From: Octopus sinensis
Taxonomy: Eukaryota
NCBI RefSeq assembly: GCF_006345805.1
Contig: NC_042998.1
Location: 148,304,001 to 148,368,000 of the forward strand
Length of the DNA: 64,000 nucleotides
Reading direction: 5' to 3'
Part shown: positions 11,297 to 23,022 of the stretch, piece by piece
Layout of the letters: every line of letters starts with the position of its first letter
How positions within the stretch are numbered: the first letter of the stretch is position 1
The notes under the pieces: generated by a model
Database searches by the model: none
What the model was told of the DNA's origin: nothing
The model's input: only the letters and a program-made list of their open reading frames with translations
Program-made: the position numbers and the translations under genes

Positions 11297-11968
11297 GTTA
11301 CCATGATGGAGAACCCCAACCCGTCACGTTGAAACTTGCGCTGCAACTGATTGGTTTTGCGCCGAATCATGGCAGCCACCAGTGTGAAAATAATTTTCAA
11401 TACGGAGCAAATAATTCAGGAGAAAATATTTGCGAAGATATCATTGACTCTATCATTATCTAGTTTAACAATTTAAAAATGATAATAACAGAATCAATAA
11501 TATAGGCGATTGCAACACCACTCCAAAAGTATTAAATAGCTGAAGAATTAAAATTAATCGAAGGACATACTAAGTATGTTTGCCTGCTAGAAATAACAGT
11601 CAAAACTTTTATTTAAATAGCCAAAATACGCTGATAATAACTACTGAAATCGACAGTCCGAAAGCAAACGGGCTAAGAAAATCTCTCAGTATGTGATTAC
11701 CAACTTTTAAGTCACCTAAAAAAAAAATAAAAACTCGATTCAATAACACCGTTTACAAACTCTATGCTTGGATTGGAATGACCAATTATAAATACTATTG
11801 GAACTTAATCTAAAGGTACAGGTATCTTATATGTATACCATTCTGCCTAAATAATGGAACTGAAGATACAATATTCCTGCATATCTCAAGTCTATTTTCA
11901 TTCCTCCACTTCACTCTCTATTTCATATCTTATCTAGAGGAACTATTGCTTAACCATTCTCTCACACC

Positions 11969-12016
11969 GTCTCCGATGAAGGGATATATTAAGTATCCCG
12001 GAAACAGCTGTAAGAC
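11969..12016 (+). ncRNA. Type I hammerhead ribozyme (U4C core variant)
   Basis: gtct-CCGATGA-a-gggata/tatccc-g-GAAA-cagctg-TA-agac. Helix I gtct/agac, 6-bp helix II, palindromic helix III ACAGCTGT, GUA cleavage triplet. Confidence 0.8.
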
Positions 12017-12230
12017 CTATTTATAAATGTTCTGAAATCTTTCACAGCCTTGGATTTTTATCTCATTCTGTTAATTTTTTTGTATATACACATGCTGATA
12101 TATGATCTACGTTGGACTCCTCATTCGCATAATCACCGAACCTGGAGCTTAACTATAGTCTGTCCATAGCACTTACTCAGCATTACCTGACACCTTTAGG
12201 TCTTCTTGACACCATTACCTCTCATATCCT

Positions 12231-12268
<38 letters not shown>

Positions 12269-12307
12269 GAAAGAAGGTTTGAAAATGCAATTTTAAAAGA
12301 TCTTTAT

Positions 12308-12352
12308 TTACTTTACCGGTTTCACTCTTTGGAAAAAGATTGTCAAAAGTAA
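12308..12352 (-). ncRNA. Type I hammerhead motif with U3-A8 core
   Basis: Minus strand: uuacuu-UUGACAA-ucuuu/uucc/aaaga-gu-GAAA-CCG-GUA-aaguaa. Perfect 6-bp helix I. Confidence 0.7.
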
Positions 12353-12650
12353 CATGTAAAAGTTTGGTTGTGTTAATTATTGGTTGTTACAAAAGACTAC
12401 AATACATATATACAGTCTTTGGTAAGAAGAACATGTTAAGGACATAAAAAAGTTTAACAAGTTCCTTAAAATATTGGGCACAAAAGATTACAACATAAAT
12501 ATACATTCTCAAGAAAATGTTAAAGATAGCTTCCAGAAGGAATTATTAAAAAGTTCAGTGGAATATTGGTATTGTATCTGTATATTCATACACGCACAGA
12601 ATATTGGTTGTCACAAAATACTACAATACATATATATACATTCTTTGGTG

Positions 12651-13510
12651 ACATGTAGAGGTAGGTACGTACATATATGTATGTATATATGCATATGTTT
12701 CATTTATTTATTAATTTATTATATGACATCCATTTCTGTTCTTAATATTAATAATGATGCGCACTCTCTTAACCTTTCTCTCCCCCTCCCTTTCTCAGCC
12801 TTCATTCTTTTGGCTTTCCTTTTCTTCTACCTTACTGTCTCTCCCCCCTCTCCCTCTCATTCTTCATTCTTTTCTCTACAACCATTCCCTTTTTTCTCTC
12901 CCTTTCTCTTACTCCTCCTCCTCCCTCCCGTCGCGGTCACGTGATGAGATGGCTATTTCTGTCTTTCTTCTCCTGGCCTCCTTCAAGTAGAGACGGTAAA
13001 ATCTGTTGCTCTCTGGCGTTCTCAAACAATAGCGTTCGTAAAAATTTTTTTATCTCGTTTGGCTTAACAGCCCTTCTTGTTTGTGTTACTGTTATTCTCC
13101 GTGTCTTGTATTTTACTGTTTATATTTTGTACTGTCGTTACTGTCCTGTTTTTGTTACCATTTTTACCCCTCCGCAAAAAAATCTCAAATTTGATTTAAT
13201 TTGATTTTCGCGGGAAGGAAATTTTCATTGAAGTCATGTATCGCCTTCACCTTCGAACGTGGAGTAGATGAAATTAAGGTAACTGAAGAAGGGGAATTTT
13301 CCCTGTTTTGTATGTCCCGTACTCTACTTTTTCGTTGTTTTAAAAAAATGTCTATTTCCTTGGTTTTGTGTTTATGTTTTCGTTTCTCATTGTGTTCGAC
13401 GTTTTTTTTTGGTGTCCTGTACCCATATATGCATGTATATATACATGTAGAGGTAGGTACGTACATATATGTGTGTATATATGCATATGTTTTATTTATT
13501 TATTAATTTA
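12651..13510 (+). repeat. ~790-bp module bounded by a ~65-bp direct repeat (pLTR-like)
   Basis: acatgtagaggtaggtacgtacatatatgt..atatatgcatatgttt..atttatttattaattta at 12651 and 13443. Inside: pyrimidine tract, TCACGTGA and ctgaagaagggg motif. Confidence 0.6.
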
Positions 13511-13547
13511 TATATATATATTATATATATATATATATATATTTGTA

Positions 13548-14066
13548 TAGGATTATTAAAAAGGATGAACCGATTTCATTACTCAATATTTTAATAAGGG
13601 AAAGCAATAGAAAACTCCAGCTAAGACACAAGTATTTACTCACAACTTTATTTCCTTTATTACAAGTGTTCAATATGGCCAACATATGCAGCACGACCAA
13701 CATCAGTGCGATAAGAGAATTCCTCCCGGACACGTATCAGCATATCCAAAGCAAGTTAATTATGAAACTAAAGAATGAATTTGCTTTGAGGCGATTCCAG
13801 AAGATATTGACAGAGAAAGGAAATGAAAAAACTTCGATAAAGCATTCAACCAGACAGCCAAAAAAGTACTCAGTGGATCGTGATATGTTGATACGCATCT
13901 GGGAGGAATTCTTTTATCACATTGGTGTTGCTCGTACTGCAGGTGGTGGCCACAGTGAATAATTGTTGATTGTTAGTAAATACTTGATTTAGCTGGAATT
14001 TTCTATTGATTTTCCTTATTAAAATATTGCGTAATGAAATCGGTTCATTATTTTTGAATAACCCTG
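13548..14066 (+). mobile_element. Tc1/mariner-derived MITE with ~190-bp TIRs
   Basis: Arms 13548-~13746 and ~13882-14066 are imperfect reverse complements. TA flanks at 13546-47 and 14067-68. The right arm encodes a transposase-like C-terminus (DRDMLIRIWEEFFYHIGVARTAGGGHSE*). Confidence 0.88.
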
Positions 14067-14092
14067 TATATATACACACACGTATATATACA

Positions 14093-14256
14093 TACGACGG
14101 GCTTCAATCAGTTTCCGTCTACCAAATCCACTTACAAGGCTTTGGTCGGCCCGATGCTATAGTAGAAGATACTTGCCCAAGGTGCCACGCAGTGGCACTG
14201 AACCCAGAATCATGTGGCTGGGAAGCAAACTTCATACCATCCAGCCACGCTTGCCC
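14093..14256 (-). mobile_element. 5' half of SINE family B
   Basis: tacgacgggcttc..tcagtttccgtctaccaaatccac...cccaaggtgccacgcagtgg.actgaaccc, reverse complement of 59668-59830. Confidence 0.85.
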
Positions 14257-14269
14257 CACGTCGTCGATC

Positions 14270-15120
14270 ATCAGGCGACTGATCTTGCGGTGGTGAATAA
14301 ATTTTTCTTATACAAACATCAATGGGATCTGTTCATGTGAGAGTTTCTACTGATGAAATCTTCTGTGAATGGCGGAGTCATGCCGGGTAATTTTAGCAAA
14401 TGCATTAAGCGCACTGCATGGATTTGAGCATGTTATGTGGATATTTAAACAGTTTGATTCAGACTCCTTGGTACTCTGAGTTTCAAGCGTGTGGCTAGTC
14501 TTCAGTCATTGGGATCTGAATGAAAGTTCGATTGAAGAGAGTCAATGTTTACTACTGGACGTTAGCCTGCGAGTGGTCGGGAAAGGTCACGCGGTATAGC
14601 AGTCCGTAGGAAATCGACTGTGTGGTGGATATGAAATTGGTCATATGGTTGGGTGAATTTCCAGGCTGATTTATTCTTGATACCGCAGAACCAGTCTAGT
14701 GCAGCTGCGCTAGAGTTCGATTGAGTCACCCTGCAGACCTTCTGGTCTCAGAGTTGATAGTATCGTGAATACGCTTGCTAATGATACCTATTTCACTTTT
14801 GGGGTTGGAATGGAAATTAGGCTTATGGTCATTAAGTGTAATATGGGGTGGGGTCGTGTGGCAAGGTGGTTCACGTTATCCTCTATCTTAAGGCAGGTAG
14901 CTAGCTTTTTTGCTCCTGTGTTTATGTCAGTGTATGTGGAATTACGTTTTCTTTTGTATGTTTTAGTGATGGCGCTTGTGAGGAGTCTTGAATGTGTGGA
15001 AATGTTTGTTTCATAAATATGTTTTGTTTTGTCTGCGAGGATATGTAGATTGAGAAATTGTTTAATACTGATCAAATAGTCATTTAATGATTTAAGGAAA
15101 AGGGAAGATATTCCCAGCAA
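14270..15120 (-). mobile_element. Internally deleted Penelope-like element RT remnant
   Basis: LADKTKHIYE...LLTSAITKTYKR...INTGAKKLATCLKIED, NP.SEIGIISK and LDWF.GIKNK, typical of the PLE RT N-terminal region, then joined to thumb-like residues. Probably the same lineage as 47690-49450. Confidence 0.7.
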
Positions 15121-15486
15121 TTACATTCATTTAGATCCAGGGACAGAGAGAAATCCACTTTCCGGTTGTGCTTTCTCTGGAAACTTCGTGATCTCCGAGA
15201 CGAAACACCCAGCATCAAGCGGACTATTATCGACAGGGCGTCACCATATTCACCCGGTGATTCTAATTGCCAGTTTTTCCTCCGCGACAAAGTGTACACC
15301 ATTTACCAACCCGCAGTATCCATCAACAAGAAATATGAGGTATCGTATTGCTGTCACCAGAGGTACGCCCTTCCGGTAAATTTCAAGCCACTGGCCACCG
15401 ACAACCCGGACGTATCTCCTTAGTAGCAGCCACCCCTAGTACCGCCTGCGCCAAGGTCATTCATATATGTGAGTTACAGATATTGT

Positions 15487-15552
<66 letters not shown>

Positions 15553-15769
15553 ATGAACTAAAAGTATCGCTAGTGTTGTAAAACATTCAAACTTAGTCCG
15601 CATGCACAAGAGTTCAAGGTCACAGTGTGCTAAGAGACTTCAGTCTCCGTGCATTAGCTTCGTTACTGTAGCAACAGTCCGGATACTTATTGATCACACT
15701 ACGTATACAGGTGCGGGTGTGGGTGTGCGGTAAGAAGCTTCCTCCACAACCACATGGTTCCGGGTTCAG

Positions 15770-15805
<36 letters not shown>

Positions 15806-15863
15806 ATATGTATATATATGTATGTATGTATGCATGTATGTTTATTTGTATTTATGCATGTAT

Positions 15864-16182
15864 ATATTTAATAACATTACCTAACGTGGCCAAGGTTTCT
15901 TAAAAAATATCATAAAAATTAACATACCCTATACATGACGCATTTTAAACACTGGAACAAGCATATCTATTGAAAGTAAATTACAAATAAAATGTGTCAC
16001 ACCATTATGAGATACCCTATACATACATAATTATATACATTTGCACATACATTTGTACATACATAAATGCATTACTAACAGTCTTAGTTACTTGTGTTTA
16101 AAATATGTCTTGTATTGTGTATGTTAATTTTTATGATGTTTGTTAGAAACCTTAGTGAAGTCGGGTAATGTTATTAACATAT
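15864..16182. mobile_element. Foldback/MITE-like element with ~95-bp imperfect TIRs
   Basis: ttaataacattacc...aaggtttct..atcataaaaattaacatac...attttaaacac mirrored by gtgtttaaaat...gtatgttaatttttatgat..agaaacctt...ggtaatgttattaa. Confidence 0.75.
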
Positions 16183-16794
16183 GCATACGTACGTACATAC
16201 ATACCTACATACATACACACAACCACATTCATTTTTAATACATTTCGACAGATTCGAACGTGAATATCTAATCTCTGGTGTTTTTCCATCATCGGAGAAC
16301 ATCTTCTCTCTTTAGACGATGTGTGTTAACACGCGTAATTTATTAGTATATAAGGACTTCAAGATATCGCATAGTTTCGAGCTCATTCTGTGTCTCCTCA
16401 GTGTAAGCTACCCAACGGCCGGACTGATGAATCTAAGCTCTGTTTTATAGAAATCAGAAAACAAAATTATTTGCTGATGCATGGCTTATGTGTCTGCTAA
16501 ACAAATAGCAATTCACTAGTGGGCCCCGTGAATATTTCACGGAATTAATGTTAAACCTATTGGGTTATTTCTGAAAACTTTATTAAAAAAAAACTGGAAG
16601 TGTAGTCTGTGTTGTGTCTGTATGGGAACACAGTCGCTCATCAGCTGCTCATTGAAAACTAAAAGAAACTAGAATATAATGATTACTTCATGCACTTTAT
16701 ATATACACTTTATATTACTTTATGCACAATTTTATAGACTTAATACACAGCAATCATAAAATATATATTCACTCTTATTTTTCCATTTTCTATT

Positions 16795-17006
16795 CTTTTA
16801 TTCTTTTAATTGTTTCAGTCATTTGACTGCGGCCATGCTGGAGCACCACCTTTAGTCGAGCAAATCGACCCCAGGACTTATTCTTTGTAAGCCTAGTACT
16901 TATTCTATCGGTCTCTCTTGCCGAAACGCTAAGCTACGGTAACGTAAACACACCAACACCGGTTGTCAAATGATGGTGGAGGGACAACCACAGGCACACA
17001 AACATG

Positions 17007-17050
<44 letters not shown>

Positions 17051-17213
17051 CGATGGGCTTCTTTCAGTTTCCGTCTACCAAATCCACTCACAAGACTTTG
17101 GTCGGCCCGAGGCTTTAGTAGAAGACACTTTCCCAAGGTACTACGCAGTGAGATTGAACCCAGAACCATGTGGTTGGTAAGCAAGCTACTTACCACACAG
17201 CCACTTCTGCGCC
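16795..17213 (-). mobile_element. Full-length SINE family B with internal (CA)n(TA)n
   Basis: Head ggcgcagaagtggctgtgtggtaag at the right end, cttgggaaagtgtctt core, internal microsatellite, tail gactgaaaca at the left end. Confidence 0.9.
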
Positions 17214-18309
17214 TAAGTTTTTTTATATCTCCTATCACTTAACGCATGCGCATAAGTGCAATTCCGTGAAATATTCATGCTTATTTACGTGGCAGATATA
17301 TCCAATTTAAGTAAAGATTGTATCATATTTACGGGAAGTTCTTTTTATTTCTCTCCGCCTATCTTTATCCTCACCATCAGAACATCACCCCTCTGCTAAG
17401 ATTATATTTTCAACTCTCCTCCTCAACTAACTTGTTAACCCCGTTATAAATATTACGTCCGCCCTATCTCACGTCATGGATGCATCTCTCTCTCCCTCTT
17501 TTCTTCCCTCTCTTTCTGTTTCATTCTTCGCCTTGTCCTCTTTTTCTCTCTCCTTTTTCTTTCCCCTATTTCTGTCTCACTCTTCACCTTGTCCTCTTTT
17601 TCACTCTCCTTTCCTTTCTCATCTCTTTCCCTTCAACTAAACCCTCTGCTTCACGTCATGGAGGCTTCTCTCTTCTTCTTTTTCTCCCTCCATCTTTTCT
17701 CTCTCCCTCTTTCCCTCCTTTCTTTCTCCCTCTTTCCCTCCTTTCTTTCTCCCTCTTTTTCTCTTATCACGTGAAAGCGTTATCGACTGGCTAAGTAACG
17801 CAATGACAAGCAGAATTATTACAATATGAGATGCATGCAAAACATCGAGAATCCATGTATCTATTCATCCGTAAACGTTCTGATAGATTCGACGGGGAAT
17901 ATTCGATCGCTATTTTTGACAAATTCCTTGAGAAATATGCTCAGAATCGCATTTGACGTTTCGATGTATTTCTGAGCGGAAGAGTATTTCGATCATCCCC
18001 TCAAGATGTCTGGTAAAATTTACATATTAGAGTTCACTGGGCACCTTAAGTCTATCTTGTTGAATGTGTACTGACGTTGGTTCTTATATGAGTCATGTGT
18101 CTATGTTTCTGTGTGTGAACCTGCATTTATGTGAGTGTGTGTATAATTGATGAAATATATTTGTATGCGTATGTGAGTGTGTGTGCGCGGGTTGTGTGTG
18201 AGTGCGTAACAGGTTATTCCTTATCTAACTTGCAACAAAACTTCTCTACAATATAAACATTTACTTCTGATATATTCCTATCCGTGTGTATTTATTAAAA
18301 TTACTTTAT

Positions 18310-19260
18310 TTATTAGAATTTTTATTTATTTATTAGAATTCAAAATAAGGGAGCTTGTTTCTAACAAAGAAACAAATGCTCCATTACTGGAATTTGAATG
18401 GCAACATTTATGTTCCACTCAGAAATTGTATCTGTAAATTTTGTGTTGGCCGATCTCTTTCTCTTTGAAAATTCTAGCGTCTCCAAATTGCGGTTAAGGA
18501 ATTTATTAACATAACCAAGTGCACCAATGATTATTGGTACACGAGCTTCGGACTTATAATCACAAGTTAGTGAGTTCGATTCACGGACCGGGCTGTGTGT
18601 TGTGTTCTTGAGCAAGACACTATATTTCATGTTGCTCCATTCCAGTCAATTGCTCCAGTTCACTATATTTCACGTTGCTCCAGTTCGCTGTACAAATGAG
18701 ATGCGACATCACTGGTGCCAGGCTGTAACGGCCTTCTTTGCATTTCCCTTGGGTAACATCAGTGGTGTAGAGAGGGGAGTCTGGTATGCATGGACGACTG
18801 CTGGTCTTCCGTAAACAATCTTCCCAGGATTTGTGCCTCGGAGGGTAACTTTTTAGGTGCAATCCCATGGTCATTCATGACCGAAGGGAGTCTTTACCCT
18901 TGATCCCTTTGAGGAGTTGCAGGTTTCAAAGCAACTGTCCAAAGATATTTTTATTTTCACTGATTTTAGGAGTGAGGTTCAAATTTATAGGGTAACTGAC
19001 ATCTATAACCGTACATGCCTTCTATTTTTATCTATCCAAAATAACTATATCGGATCTGATATGCGTGCATTTAGCAGAAACGTCGATGGGAATGTTTCAC
19101 CAATGTTGCATGTGTTGATGTGTATGTATTCCGTAGTAGGGGCTGTTGTTTATAATCATCTTAAGACAGTCTTTTCTACGGATGACATTGTAGATTGTTT
19201 TAGCAAAGTTATATCACAGTGGGATTTATAGGAATCTATTACAGTACGCTGATTTCTAAA
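18310..19260 (-). mobile_element. RLE-type LINE 3' portion (second RLE family), interrupted by a SINE
   Basis: YNVIRRKDC...W.NIPIDVSAKCTHIRSD then YKSEARVPIIIGALGYV. Homologous to 52334-53280. Confidence 0.7.
18561..18900 (+). mobile_element. tRNA-derived SINE, family A
   Basis: gagttcgattc.cggaccgggctg.gtgttgtgttcttgagcaagacact ... ggtgcaatcccatggtc..tgaccgaaggg.gtctttacc. Confidence 0.85.
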
Positions 19261-19359
19261 CAAAGAAACTAAGTTCCATCGCTGGAATCTGAACGACCAC
19301 ATCGATAAATATTATATATTGAACTTTAGAAAAGTTTTGTATCTATGCATACATGTATG

Positions 19360-19416
<57 letters not shown>

Positions 19417-19648
19417 GAGAAAGAAGCAACAAGAATGGATTGGTTTTTAGTACAATTGTTTCATACAAAGACAGGATTTATTACAAGTTGCAAAAATTGC
19501 AGCAGATAAAAGTGTCCCGTACTCATCAGCTAAAATACATTTGAGTTCTCTAGACATCTTAGTGGGTGAGGTTATACTCATGAAATATTGGAGATAGTTC
19601 CATTAGAGGCAGATATAGGTTGTAAACAGTTTTCCAAAGTTCCTTAAT

Positions 19649-19855
19649 GATGATGCACAGTTTTATCACAGATTTTTAAAAAACTTATTAGTTTCGAAGA
19701 GAAGATGAATCAATCCATAGTGTAGATTTAAATTTCCAGAGATATGAGGAGGATGATGCACAGACTTATCACAGGTTTTTAAAGACTTATTAGCTTCACA
19801 GAAAAGGTGAATTAATCCATAGTGAAGATTTACATTTCCAGTGGTAAGATGAGGG
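19649..19855. repeat. Diverged 103-bp tandem duplication
   Basis: gatgatgcacag..ttatcacag.tttt.aa...cttattag...aatccatagtg.agattta.atttccag at 19649 and 19752. Confidence 0.85.
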
Positions 19856-20799
19856 ATTTCATACTCACAGACGATGTATTTTAACCATTATTAATCCACA
19901 ATCAATTCCTGCTATATGATAAGGTAATTTGCCATGTTATTGCTCTCCGTGCAAAACTGCTATGTTGAGAATTCTAAAGGCTGAAGGAATTTGTGGGGCA
20001 AAGAAAATAAAATAAGATGAAAGAAAAAGGAAAGAGACAAGGAAAAAAGAAAAAGAAAAAGGAGAAGAAGAAGAAATAAGGAAAAGAAAAAGAAAAATAT
20101 ATATATATATATATATATATACGCCTTTATACATATATATTGTATGTAGCATGTATATAGACATAGTATATAAGTATGTATCGTGTTTGTATGGATATAT
20201 GTATGAACCTATGTATCTATACATGTATAAATGAACGCATGCATAGTGTGTATAGCTATGTGTGTTAGCAATTGTGTTGTCGTAAAAGTAATTTTCTATT
20301 TAAATTTCAACTTTTTAAACTTGCTGTAGATATTCCATGTTATAATTTAGACGTACGGTACATTTATTGTGCAATTCATTTTGCAGTTATTTTTGATTAT
20401 CGATTACTTCTAAAGACTTGAAGATTGATGTTGGGTGAAGCTGGGAATTCTGGCAACATTTTAAACGTGTCTGCATTCCTCCATGGACAGAGGAAATAGA
20501 AGTTACATTGAATCGATGGCTTTGAATACCAATGGAGAAAATTCGATTGCAAAGACCTATTGTATATTTGTCATACCTACCTACTTACCAACCAACAAAC
20601 CAACCAACTTAACTACCTACCTATCTATCTATCTACCTACCTACCTACCTACCTACCTACCTACCTACCTACCTACCTACCTACCTATCTACCTATCTAC
20701 CTACCACGTACGAACTTACGTATGTATTTATGTATGTATGTTTGTTTGTATGTATGTATGTATGTATGTATGTATGTATGTGTGCGTGTATGTATGCTT

Positions 20800-21610
20800 T
20801 CTTCTGTTTTTAATCATTTTATTTCTTTCTCCGAAGAAGGAGCTAGTTTGTAATAAAGTTACAAAGCTCCGCCGTTGGAATGTAAATAGCAAAACAATGT
20901 CACATTCCGAACTTGAGGAAAGTCTTGCCTATTTTTACGGTTCCTGTTACAGATTGTATTTGTAATGTGCGAGTTAGTTGGGTGATTTCTTTTTCTGAAA
21001 ACTCAGGCTTATCCAGATTGTCACTTGAGCATTTACTCACATAATCAAGTGTACTAATTACACTGTGTAACAAAATTTTTTTTTTTAATGTCTTTGGTGT
21101 TATTTCCTCTTTATAAAGAAATTTATTCCCATCAAACTTCATCTTTGTGACCTGGACATCAATGTTTTGAAACTGATTTATTTTCCATCACATTTCAGAT
21201 AGATTCAGCGCTGAGTTGCTGAAGCAGAAATATCGTTATAGCAAATATTCTGCTTAATACCTCATATTTGCCTGTCAGTTGTTTGACCGTAACCATTTGA
21301 GCATGCCTCTTAGTGGCTGACAATATGTACATCTCTGATCATGAGCAGGAGTATTACAGGAGCATCATAGCCATGTGTTGAGAGGGATTCTTTGGAGGTC
21401 TGGATAAATGTAACAAAAGCAAAGTCTGAAGGAAATATTAGCCGTTTTCCATACTTTCTAGGGGTAAGGAAATAGGAAATAATAGTTTTTGCCCAAGGAC
21501 ATAAATTGTGTTACACATGGTATAAATTTGAATTTATAATCTGGATATAAAAGTTGGAGGTTTCGAAAAAGTTGACCGTAGTTTATCCTCTTCTTTTTTT
21601 CAAAGATATG
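20800..21610 (-). mobile_element. Fragments of the second RLE LINE family (3' end)
   Basis: EFSEKEITQLTRTLQIQSVTGTVKIGKTFLKF (20900-21000) and YGQLFRNLQLLYPDYKFKFIP (21520-21580), matching 52960-53180. Confidence 0.7.
21265..21400 (+). mobile_element. Fragment of repeat D
   Basis: tgtcagttgtttgacc.taacca.ttga...tggctgac.atatgt.catctctgatcatgagcag is the reverse complement of ~38240-38355. Confidence 0.75.
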
Positions 21611-22289
21611 CACATCAGTAGCACACACACACACACACACACGTGTCAGGATTTCTCAGTTAATGTGTGTTCTACCTGCTAAAAACAACATCTAAATCAC
21701 TCTCAAATCACACCCTATAAACTTGAAGAAAAAATGGACATACTAAAATAATGTGGTCCTTTATACAACTATATTGAAATATAACTGGTATGGTCTCAAA
21801 TGGAGAGTCTTTGATAACCTGCCTAATCAAATATGGCTGATCTTGCGCTAAATAATAGCGACAACGACAGCAATAGGGGTACAGTTGTAGAATGGTCAAC
21901 GAGGAGAAGAAATTGGTCCAGCTTGAACCACTGCATTCATGCTGTTACAAAGTTAGACAGAAAGATGGTGTTTATGGAAGAAGAAGAAACCCGCGGCTCG
22001 TTTTTAGGGGTTGGGGCGACATCTTGTGTGACAAAACGTGTGTTCTATCGGCGATAAGCAGGAATCTATACGATAACAATAACCAACATACAGCCATCGT
22101 TACTACCATCGATACTGTCATCTTCAACATCACTATTACCACTACCACAAACTGTACCATCACTAGTACCCTTATCAGTACCTACTCAACCATCGAGCAT
22201 TATTATTATCAACGCAATAATCCTCATCACTACCACGACGGTAACGAGGGCGACGACGACCACCACCATCACCAATATCATCCTTAGTG

Positions 22290-22419
22290 CTATCATTTGT
22301 ACCCTCACCACCATCACCACCACCACCACCACCACCACCACTAGCACCACCATTACTATAATAATTATCACAAAAATCACCACTATTACCATTCCTAAGC
22401 CTATCCCTTACCCCAATGT

Positions 22420-22509
<90 letters not shown>

Positions 22510-22520
22510 TTACTACTACT
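22290..22520. repeat. (CAC)n and long (ACT)n microsatellites
   Basis: Direct reading. Confidence 0.9.
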
Positions 22521-22654
22521 ATCAGATATGTTATTAACTCTATTTGTCAGTCGTAGTCTTTCAATATATCCACATTAATAGCCATGAAAAAGTTTCTAAA
22601 CATGTGTGTATGTGTGTGTACCCGAGTATCTGTCTCTGTGTAGGTATGTGTGAG

Positions 22655-22693
<39 letters not shown>

Positions 22694-22987
22694 ATGTTGT
22701 GCGACAGGGAGGGAGAGAGAGGGCATGTGTGTGTGTGAGAAAGAGAGAGAGAGTGAGTGAGATTGTGTGTGTGTGTCTATATGCATATATGTGTCTATAT
22801 GTATACGTGTATGTGTGTTGGTATATATCTGACTCAACTATGTGAATATATAGATATATGATAGCAATAAAACTTCACACACGCGCGCGCGCACACACGC
22901 ATACACACACGCGCACACACGCATACACACACATACACACACTCACTACCATACATATAAATTCTTGAACATATACACATGCATGTG

Positions 22988-23022
<35 letters not shown>

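Noticed and set aside
14440-14510. ctgaaga...gaaactcagagta on the minus strand as a hammerhead
   Set aside because: Helix I does not pair and the segment is within the PLE RT remnant.
15662-15675. X-box-like gttactgtagcaac
   Set aside because: Isolated motif without supporting promoter features.
16365-16410. Minus-strand ctgagga...ctcgaaac hammerhead-like motif
   Set aside because: Helix II only 2 bp, no NUH triplet or helix I complement.
16528-17278. 19-bp inverted match gtgaatatttcacggaatt / aattccgtgaaatattcat ~730 bp apart
   Set aside because: The motif is itself semi-palindromic, no TSD is visible and no extended arms were found.
17940-18010. Minus-strand gatg/catc-gaaacgtc motif
   Set aside because: Core reads ttgaggg and helix I is mismatched. 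Too degenerate to call.
19430-19900. Leucine-rich-repeat pseudogene
   Set aside because: Multiple stops, and the 103-bp period does not fit an LRR unit.
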